A DNA stretch of 64,000 nt, taken from assembly GCA_008632985.1 (NCBI GenBank), contig QPGO01000002.1, positions 1 to 64,000 of the forward strand. Reading direction: 5' to 3'. Positions 54,534 to 64,000 of this stretch are shown piece by piece. The notes beneath the pieces were generated by a model. The model was not told the DNA's origin, ran no database searches, and saw only the letters and a list, made by a program, of their open reading frames with translations. Within the stretch, counting starts at the first letter, position 1. Each line of letters begins with the position of its first letter. This DNA is from Psammoneis japonica. Taxonomy: Eukaryota. A program made the position numbers and the translations under genes.

Positions 54534-55706
54534 CTCAGTTTGGTTTTGCCCTTTTGGGGATTCCCCAAAATGGCAAGGGCAAGGGGGAATTGCCTTGCCC
54601 TTTTGGGGAATTCCCGGGAAATGAGGGCAATTTGGCAGAAAGGAACGACCAAAAGGGCTCAGGGGAGGGGAACAAAAAACGAGTGGAGTGCGGCAATGTG
54701 CGGAAATTGCAGACAGGCGGGTGTGCTTTTGTCCTCATGGCGACCGGCGTGTGGAAAAAACGATGCACGACCGTGGTGGATGCATTGACAAATCGAAACA
54801 AAGGGGCCCCTTGTGGCAGAGTGAGGGAAGAATGAGCTTCACCATCAAATCACACATGTTGACATTGCTCACATGTGGCTCCATTTTTGCCTTGGACTTT
54901 GCTCCAGAGCTGTTGTGGTTTGCACATGTGACCACACGACACAAGAAGGAAAAAATGATGCACTGCATTCTGTGCATGAGACAGGTCAAAGGGAAGAACA
55001 GACATTGCCGGTCAATCCGCCACATTTTCATTGACCTTGTGAGGCTCTGCTTTTGCCTCAGCCTTCTCTCCACATGCCTCATGGTTTGCATTTGTGGCTG
55101 CACAACAACGGAGTGATTCCAAACGATCCGCTTCATTCTGCACATGAGACGTGTCAATTGAAACAAAAACCATGACCGTTCAATCCGCCACATTTTTGTC
55201 AGCCATGTGCGGTTCTGCTTTTGCCTTGAACTTTGCCATGAACGCCGCATGGCTCACATTTGTGACCACAGGAAAGAAAAACAAGTGCAATGATCAATGC
55301 ACTGGTTTTCTGCTCAACATCATCTGTCACACTTCTGCTCATGTTCACTTTGCACTGTCAATCACAATCTCACCCACTGGATTGACTGGCGTCATTTTTG
55401 TTTGACAAGAGCCGTCACAAATGGGGCGCGAACGCTCCATGGCGTGCTGCCCATTTTTGGCTGCGGCCATCGGTCGATGGTTGATTGTTGCGCATCTGGT
55501 GTGTGGCTCCGCACATGCCAGCACGCAGAGCGCGTGGAAATGTGTGAGAAGGGAAGCATGGGGAATTGCCAGTGTGTTGTTTTTTGTCCATGTGTCAAGC
55601 ACACACACAACGAACGGAAATTCACAGCAGCTCCCCGGGAGCTCACCCTTTGAAAGGTGGTGATCCCGGGGAGCTTTGAGAAATCACACGGCAAAACCAA
55701 ACTGGG
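54534..55706. mobile_element. Non-autonomous TIR element with 8-bp TSD (hAT/P-like)
   Basis: 17-bp TIR C(T/C)CAGTTTGGTTTTGCC; TSD CTTTCCAC (54526-54533, 55707-55714); empty sites at ~53355 and ~58322. Confidence 0.9.
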
Positions 55707-56121
55707 CTTTCCACGTGGCCTGGAACAACCCAAATCTGTGTAGATTCAGCGCGCTTTGCCCTGCAGAACAGCTTTTGGGAGTGTTTTCTGGCTCGCGGCT
55801 CAAAATGACACACAAAGTGGCGTGGACAATGGTGTTTTGCCAAATTGAAAAATGCGGTCATCTCTGAGGTCGGAACCTGGATGCTCTCAATGGAGCTCGG
55901 CGCTGTCACATCATCTTCTGCGAGACAAGCTCGAGAACATCAAGGCTCGCATGGGCAGATCATGGCGAAAATTCTTGCTGAAGGCTTACATTGACAACGT
56001 CGCTTCTGTTGCATCACAGCCGACCTCACGTGCTGCCATTCGTGCTGTGTGCTTTGTTGAGGCTTCACATGTTTGCAGCTGTTCAATTTGTGCGCAGTTT
56101 CTCTTTCTACATTGCTCTTTT

Positions 56122-57073
56122 GACGTGCTCCAGTCCCAGGTGACGCACAAAATGACAATCGGATTTTGAGTGCAACTTGTGTGTCTTTTAGTGCGTGCAG
56201 CATTTTGGCACAAAATGCTTGGACGGATTGACTTTCGCAGGCTTCTAGAGCATGCACATTTAAATGGTTTTTTGTGGGGCACTCAAATCCTCATGGGCCG
56301 CATTCCAGGTCTGGGTGGGACCTCGTGCTGCTGAACTGTGACATCGACAGTTTTTTGAATCTCGTCGCATGTCGCGCACGCAGATTTCTGCGTGATTTTT
56401 TCGACATTTTGTGTCATTTTACGGCACACTCATTGAGCGATCCGTCCAACAACTTTTGACATTTTTTGTTGCAGCACGATTCTACAATGCACTGAGAATT
56501 GCGTGGGGCAGGCGAGTTTGCAAAAACATCAAGTGGCAAGAGGCGCAATTGCACCACAAACTTGGCCGTTCATTTGACATTGAAGATGAACACATCCATT
56601 GGTTAAATTCTCGCACCATGGAGCTCGCACGTGGAATTCGGCGGGCCCAATGTCACGCGGAGTCCCACCCGGGGCTGGAACGCATCATGGGATGTGTGCC
56701 ACAAACTTCCTCAGCAGACTCAGTGCTGATTGCACGTCAGTGGATTTGTGCTGAGATTTTTTCGCAGGTGGAAACCCTGCCAAGTGACATCGTAGAAAGA
56801 GATGTGTTTGGGCAACACCCAAATGACGGCAATGTTTTCGCCGAAAATCATCCATTGTGTTGCGAGTTTTTTGGCGCAATGAAGGGCACAGACAGCACAA
56901 CAACAACGACACTGCAACACTCGAGCGAGTCTTGTCAGCGTTGCAAAACATTTTCACTTGCACAAATCCACACTTTTGGCGGTGAAAGTTCGATCGCAAG
57001 TTGGGGGCCGTGCAAAAATCGCGCAAATGCCATTTTTGTGCACGACTTGGTTCACGTGCGGCTGGAACACGTC
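56122..57073 (+). mobile_element. Family B element with family A insertion (56296-~56685)
   Basis: TSD TTTT for B; CATG for the inner A. Partial duplicate at 51288-52044. Confidence 0.88.
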
Positions 57074-59395
57074 TTTTGTTTGCCCTGCAGGACAATTTTT
57101 TGGGAGTGTTTTCTGGCTCTGCGGCTTGAAGCAACACGCAAAACAGCATGGACAATGGCGTTTCACCAAATTGAAAAGAGTGCGGTTGTCTCTGAGGTTG
57201 GAATCTGGACACTCTCAACGGAGTTTGGTGCGTTTTCGCGCGGTCTTTAAATCGAGAACAATCTCGCCACATGTTGCAGGGGGGCACTGAAGGGACACAG
57301 CCCACTGGCAGGGCGCTGATCAAGCAAGATTTGTGGCGCAAGTGTTTGGCGCTGGGGGCACCTTTGAGATTTTGTGGCCTCAGCCATGCCCCGCAATTCT
57401 TGGTTTTGTGCCCTTGACCTTTTTGCGCCCTTGGCTGTTTTGTGCCCTTTCCTTTTTTTGTGCCCTTGAGCACTTTGCCCCATCTCGTGGTTTTGTGCCC
57501 TTGGCCATTTTGCACCCTTTGTGACTTTGTGTCCTTGGCCATTTTGTGCCTTTTTTGGCTTTGGTCCCTCAGCCGCATTTGGCGCCCCTCATGGTTTTGT
57601 GCCTTCAGCGGTTTTTGGCCATTGTGGCTTTGTGCCCTTTGCCACCTTGGGCCCTTTCTGATTTTTTGCCCTTGGCAGCTTTGTGCCCTCAGCCACCATT
57701 TTGCACCCTCAGTCATTTTGCGACCTCAGCAACTTTGTGCCCCTGCCTGGTTTGTGCTCTTTGTGATTTCTCGCCCTCAACAGACATTTTTTGTCCTTTT
57801 TGATTTTGTGCCATTGGCCATTTTGCTGGTCACGACAGAGCTGCAGAACAACAAGAACCTGCCCGATGAAGAACGCGGGGCAAAGGAGAGAAAGTGCGCA
57901 AGATGCCTGGAGCACTTCATGGCAGGGAACTCCAAGAACGGAGATGCGGAAGGGAGCACACCCAGGAAACGCAAGAGGGAGGATTTTTGCAGGAAGATTG
58001 TGGCAGAGCGTGGCAGGAAAGTGGGGGAGGGGGGCAGTGGGTTGGGGGATGAGGAAAGCCACGTGGGGGGTTGGACCCAGACACATGAGCTGGAGCCAAC
58101 ACCTGTTTGGCAGACAATGTGTGAAAAGTGGCAGTCACCTTTGTTGCAAATGACGTTGCAGGCACAATCCCAATTGAGTGACTGCGCTTCACAGTGCCAG
58201 CCGGAGAGCAGCAGGGGATGGGCGCAACACAAGTGGCACTTTGGGAAGCCAGTCAACCGATCTGTTGTCAGCCAGTTGTCGAATGTGTTTGAGTGGGTGC
58301 GCCGGAGTTTTTGGCCTGCTCACTTTCTACGTGGCCTGGTGCAACCCAAATCTGTGTGGACTCAGCATGCTTTGCCCTGCAGAGCAGTTTTTGGGAGTGT
58401 TCTCTGGCTCGCGGCTCAAAATGACGCGCAAAATGGTGCGGACAATGGCGTTTTGCCAAGTTGAAAAATGCGATCATCTCTGAGGTCGGAACCTGGATGC
58501 TCTCAATGGAGTTTGGCACTGCCGCATCATCTTCTGCGAGACAAGCTCGAGAACATCCAGGCTCACATGGGCAGATCATGGCAAAAATTCTTGCTGAAGG
58601 TTCGCATTGACAACGTCGCTTCTGTTGCATCACAACCAACCTCATGCGCTGCCATTCGTGCTGTGTGTTTTGTCAAGGCTTCACATGTTTGCAGCCATTC
58701 AATTTGCGAGCAGTTTCTCTTTCTGCGTTGTTCTTTTGTTCTGCAGGGTCTCTGTTGTCGTGAGGTGTCCCAGAGACACTTTTTCTTGTCAAGAATGTCA
58801 CCTCTGAAGTGCGATGGCCATGGCAACTCAACGACAAAGCCAAGTCACAGACACAGCATCAGGAAGAGTTCGCGACAAACACGGTGACTTGGAGCTGTGA
58901 TGTCTTGAGCTGGATGAGCTCTCAAGAGCTCAAACACATCATCAGGCAGTTTTGACAACATTTCTCCCCGACTGTTCATGGTGGCTCTAAAGGCAAAGAT
59001 TGCTTCTTTTGGTTGTGGGGCAGTGCACAACCTGGAAACACGTGACTTGTTTGCACTGTTTGTCAGCCAATGCAGCAACGTCAGAGCACAAATTGTGGGG
59101 ATCCTGACCACCCTTCTCATGGGTAATTTTTGCTGCCATTGTGGGCATGAATGTTGAGCTTTCAATCCTTGATGGTTGTGCATGCCGTGATTTTTTGTCA
59201 CATGTTGCAGCGCACAATTTTTCACCATGGGAATGGGTGGTTGGCCAGCCAGAGTGTCCGCTGGTGGCAAAACAAGTTCCAGTGCGGACGACGCACAGAT
59301 GCAAGGGAGGACAGCCGCTCCGATCCATTTGAGCACGGATTTGGAACGAGCTTGACGAGCTGATTCCAGATCCGGTCGCCAATGTCTCGGAGGTC

Positions 59396-62233
59396 ATGTC
59401 CTTTGCAACTCAGGTTTCACACACTGTCCCGCGACACAGTGAGCTGCAAGGCTGCATCATGCAGCCAAGCTGCAGCGACTCTGTGGGGCGCAAAAGAACA
59501 AGGTGTTGTGATTGCGACAACTGTCGCTTTGTCCAGGAAGAAAAAAAAAAAAACAAGAAGAAACGGGAGCTCGAAAGATGCAAATGCGGCCAATCTCATC
59601 CATGCAAAGCACCGTGCATGGACACGACCACCAAGACCCGAATGGGTGAGTCGGAAGCACTCACAGCTTCTGTTTCGGGTGGTCGATTTTGTGGCCGGGA
59701 CCCAACTCTTGCGCCCACTTCCGTTCCATCAAGCAGTGCAAGGCCGAGACCTCATGAAGGAGTGACGGACACTTCCAGTTGTGACATGGAAATGTTCAAC
59801 AAGTGCGATGAAGTCTTTGACAACTGCAAAGCCACTGCGTTGGAAAGCATCGATGAGGAGATCCAAAAGGAACATGAAGAAATTTTGTGCAAGCTGCAGG
59901 GACTTCTGGACAATGGAGCATGACACGAGGCAGATTGCGAGGAGTCACAGAAGGAGGCATCACTTGTTTGTTCCTGTTGGCTCAAAGGGGAACCCGTGAA
60001 GGGCGGTGCTTTTGTCTCAGATCTTGAAGAACATGACCTGGTGGCAGAGGCTCCAGAGGAGTGCACCACTGTGGCTCAGGATGGAATGGCTGTTGAGGAC
60101 AAATGGGCTCAGGAATTTGGTGACGACGGCATTGCCATGATCTCTGACATTCTGAACAATGCAACACCAGAGGACCAGAAGAGTGTGCCGCTGGTCAATC
60201 GTTTCTTGCGCGCCTTTGTGGACAAGCTGACTGCCCAAGGTGATGAGTCTGCAGCTGTTTCCACTGGTGCTGTGCACGGCTGTGGACGTGGTGCAACGGC
60301 GGCATCTCTCATTCTGACTGCCAGAAGGAGAAGCATGGTGGTTGGTGACAGTGGCGCGAGGAAGAGGAGACAAAGCAGACTGGCCAAGCTGGGATCTGAG
60401 CTCAGAGCAGGATTTCAGCAAGCAGCGGCACCAAGAATCAGATGCCGGGGAAAGGAAAAGGAAGTGGATGCATTGGTTGAAAGTCCACTCCAAGAGTCAG
60501 CTGCATGCACCGGTGTTGCACCAGACAAGGACAACGCTCATCAGCAATGTCGTCGGGCTGCTCAAGCAATGGAGGATGTTCTTTTTAAGCAAGGCAGTGC
60601 ATCTTGCATTGCGGGAACGCTCCGCATTTTCAAGGGACGACCAGCTGTGCAAGAATTGAGCAAGGTCAGCAATTGCGCAGTGTTGAATGGCGACGAATCC
60701 ATGCCATTTGAAAACAAAGAAGACACCTTGGGCAGAGAGCTGAAGAAAAGCCTTCGCAATTTCTTTAAGATGTTCAGCAAACAAGGCACTGGATCAGTCA
60801 AAGATCAGAGAGTGATTGATGCTGTGATGGCAGCTCCAGCGGGATCCAACATCGCTGACAAGTGTCTTGGAAGAGCCATGCAGCAAGCCATCGGAGCAAT
60901 GCATCGTCACTTGCAGCGGGCATTGAAAAGCAGGAAGAGCTTTGAAGACAAAGACAACAAACAGTGGGTGCGAGTGAGTTGTGCTCAACACAAAGATTCC
61001 ACAAAAGAAGGCATGAACGTGTGTGATTTGTTTGTCATTGTTGCAAAGGCTTTGCTCGCCGACACTTGCTGTGCCCTGTGCCCCGTGGCTCACTTGCAAA
61101 AGATCTCAGACTTTTTGCATTCCGATGAAGTGTCGCAGCAAGACAATGTGAACAAATGTGAGGACTTTGTGCTGGCGGGTGTTGCGCCTGAAGGGCAACA
61201 GATGCATGATCTCCACGAAGCCCGACGCATGCTGATGCCAGATGAAGAAGTGTTTGATTTGCTCACGGGTCGAAGCAGAGCTGATCCTGACAAGCCAAAC
61301 AAACCGCACCCAGTGTGGAAGGAAATTCAGGAGGACACAAAATTGCTGAGCAGGCCAAATGGCACAAAGGGGAGCTCAAAGCTTCTCCACAGTTGCATGT
61401 GCCCGTGCTTGTGGAAAATTGCTGCATGCTTCTGCTCGTGCCCGAAGTGCGCAGCGCTCACAGAAGACGGGTTCCAGTCCCAGGTGGGACTTTTTGTGAC
61501 ATTTGCCCCGCAGAATTCTGCGTGCGAGCTCTGCAGTTCGTACTCTGGTTGATGGATGTGTTTGTCTTTGTCACAAAATGAACAGCCAAGTTTGCAGCAC
61601 ACACATCCCTGTTCGTGCTCAAAGTTTTGGACAACGTGCCTGCCCTGCACCATTCTTAAGACACTCGAGAATGGCGTAGAAGAAAAAAATGTTAAAAGTT
61701 GATGAATGGATCGCCTGACAATTGCACTGTAAAATGACACAAAATTTCGCCAAAATCACGTAGAAATGCACGTGCGCGACATGCGACGCGATTCAAAAAA
61801 CTGTCGATGTCACAGTTCAGCAGTGCGAGGTCCCATCTAGACCTGGTGCGCATCGGAATCCTTGCAACTGTGCAACAAAGCCAGAAGGGAGTGGTCTCGT
61901 CAAGCAGTCAAACAACGAGAGATGGAGGGCGCTGCTGAAACATCTGGAGACTGGTCCTGCAAGAAATGTCGCAGAAACTGCAACCGTCATTCTGTGTGCA
62001 GGAACTGTCTAGAGAAGCTTTTGTGTGACCCAGAGACAACACCAGAATTCTCGCTGCCTAAAATTGACAAAAACGGAAATTTGGTGTACAAGAAAGATGA
62101 GGACGGCAACCTCCTTGCAGAGCAAGACGAGGATGGGGGCGAATCATTTGTCCCAGACACAAACGATTTTCGCTGTTTCAAGAGGGGTTGCTGCATGGGT
62201 GAAGGCAAGCGCCTCATGCCAGAAGACGAGTGA
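59396..62233 (+). pseudogene. Decayed large Cys-motif protein, possibly the N-terminal part of a DNA transposase (Sola-like?)
   Basis: ORFs 59396-59923 and 59996-61465; the latter rejoins in frame with 61859-62233 after MITE removal; CxCxxC (CSCPKC) and later Cys clusters. No catalytic domain seen. Confidence 0.45.
61466..61854 (-). mobile_element. Family A element, reverse orientation
   Basis: TIRs present; TSD AGAA/GGAA; removal restores the reading frame. Confidence 0.92.
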
Positions 62234-62252
62234 ATGGACCCTGCCACTGGAA

Positions 62253-63080
62253 CCCAGTTTGGTTTCACCATGCAATTTTTCAAAATTCCCCGGGATTGCC
62301 ACCTTTTACCCTGTTTTTCCGCGGGAAGGGTGAATTCCCGGGGAATCGCCACGAATTTCCATTCGTCACATGTGTGCTTGACACATGAACAAAAAACAAT
62401 GCATTGGCAATTCCCCGTGCTTCCCTTCTCGCACATTTCTACGTGTTCTGCATGCCGGCATGTGCAGAACCACACACCAGATGCGCAACAATCAACCATC
62501 GACCAACGACCACAGCCAAAAATGGGCAACACGCCATGGAGCGTTCGCGCCCTGTTTGTGACGGCTCTTGTCAAACAAAAATGATGCCAGTCAATCCAGT
62601 GAGTGAGATTATGATCAACAGTGCAAAGTGAAACTGAGCAGACGTGTGACAGATGATGTTGAGCAGAAAACCAGTGCATTGATCGTTGCACTTGTTTTTC
62701 TTTCCTGTGGTCACAAATGTGAGCCATGCGGCGTTCATGGCAAAGTTAAAGGCAAAAGCAGAACCGCACATGGCTGACAAAAATGTGGCGGATTGAACGG
62801 TCATGGTTTTTGTTTCAATTGACACATCTCATGTGCAGAATGAAGCGGGTCGTTTGGAATCACTCCGTTGTTGTGCAGCCACAAATGCAAACCATGAGGC
62901 GTGTGGAGAGAAGGCTGAGGCAAAAGCAGAGCCTCACAAGGTCAATGAAAATGTGGCGGATTGACTGGCAATGTTTGTTCTTCCCTTTGACCTGTCTCAT
63001 GCACAGAATGCAGTGCATCATTTTTTCCTTCTTGTGTCGTGTGGTCACATGTGCAAACCACAACGGCTCTGGAGCAAAGT
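62253..63080 (-). mobile_element. Inverted copy of the 8-bp-TSD element, interrupted by a gypsy LTR
   Basis: Reverse complement of ~54895-55706; begins CCCAGTTTGGTTT. Confidence 0.88.
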
Positions 63081-64000
63081 GCCCCATGCATGTGCCAGGC
63101 GCTGAAAAAGAAGATGTGTTGCGACTTTGTCGTTGTGAAAAATGTGAGTTAGTTTAGAGCAGAAAAAGTGGGATCGTGCGAATGGGGAATCTTGCCAAAT
63201 CCCCATTCGCTCGCATTTGGATCGCATCAAATCGATCGTGCGTTTGCATTGTGGATCATGCGAATCAAGCCATCACGCGCCATGCACGAGTGATGTCATC
63301 GTGTGGAATCACACTGCCATCGTGGGCCAGATGACGGGCCAGTGTGCTTCACACGGATGCTCTCTTGGCATCCTTCTGGAATTGCCTGAGACCCAGAGCC
63401 ACGCCCTCCTGTGGTCGTGCTTCCCAGGTGCGTGTTAACAACACTGCGTTGCCACGCACAAGAGGCTTGTGCACGGTCTCGCCGTGTTGTCCAGCAGCGA
63501 GGCATGCTGCACACTCCCCCATGATCAGGGCCGTTAAGTGACAGGATGTCTTGCTGGTGACAGGGTGCAATCTGCCGCAGATTGCATGCATCTGTCAGCG
63601 CTCCGTTCTGGATGCGCAACGTGCCGTTGTCACATGCACGGACAACTCTGGCGGGTCCTGCACAGCTGTCAGAACCGCATTTAGAGGATTGTTCCTGTTT
63701 GATGAGTGCCAATTGCCCTGCCGCACATTGACACTCCTTGCGTTTCTGATTTTCACACTTGTTGTTCAGGTGGATGAGCTTCTGCTTTCTGGTTTCTATG
63801 TGCTTCCACTTGGCACGATGGGCAACAGACAAAACCGCATCGCATCCGAAGACCAATTGCATGGGACTTGCACGCGTGGTCATGTGCACCGCAGCTCTAA
63901 CAGCGAAGGCCACTGTGGAGAGGATGCCACTCCATGGGTCATCTTTGTCTGGTTCCATGTCCTGTGCTGAAAAGGAACGCACCATGTTGCCAAGTGTCTG
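63080..64000 (-). mobile_element. Second Ty3/gypsy family: integrase C-terminus, PPT, 3' LTR (~63080-63511)
   Basis: DPWSGILSTVAFAVR..SPMQLVFG..DNGTLRIQ..NLRQIAP; PPT GGGGGAG at ~63514-63520 (minus). Confidence 0.88.

Larger units (their letters stand above)
51288..59060. repeat. Direct duplication 51288-54090 ~ 56258-59060, with a third partial copy 54090-54533+55707-56121
   Basis: Near-identical B/A remnants, TTTGTGCCCT repeat region and LEHFMAGNSKNGDAEG ORF fragment. Confidence 0.9.

Noticed and set aside
52367..58464. ORFs of 279-340 aa in the triplicated block as genes
   Set aside because: N-termini translate subterminal repeats and no domain is recognisable.
507..61854. TTCCAGTCCCAGGTG motifs as site-specific recombination or shufflon sites
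   Set aside because: They pair as TIRs with 4-bp TSDs and have empty sites, so they are MITE ends.
1..64000. CpG deamination or classic RIP as the sole explanation
   Set aside because: CG/TG/CA variation is present and CpG decay probably contributes, but C>T changes cannot convert TAY to TGY or CAY.

Overview
No intact host gene is visible. The window is a densely nested eukaryotic transposon graveyard, probably from a diatom or related stramenopile (inferred from a CoDi-like Ty1/copia). It holds a copia element with both 184-bp LTRs, several Ty3/gypsy fragments, a ~9.6-kb APE-RT-RNase H non-LTR element plus a 3' fragment, at least four TIR/MITE families (4-bp, TA, TTA and 8-bp target duplications), decayed transposase-like and chromodomain/zinc-finger genes, a large spliced DGxHR-motif pseudogene, (GGATGGY)n heptamer arrays, two segmental duplications and one N gap. 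The dominant signal is that TpA has been almost erased on both strands by A:T>G:C transitions (TA>TG or TA>CA). Conserved Tyr codons in copia, gypsy and LINE proteins read Cys or His (YVDD>CVDD, YIDD>CIDD). Sister LTRs and target-site duplications differ by reciprocal TG/CA pairs, and apparently younger insertions keep more TA. This looks like a DNA-level, RIP-like hypermutation of repeats running opposite to fungal RIP. The mechanism, restriction to repeats and novelty cannot be established from this window alone.
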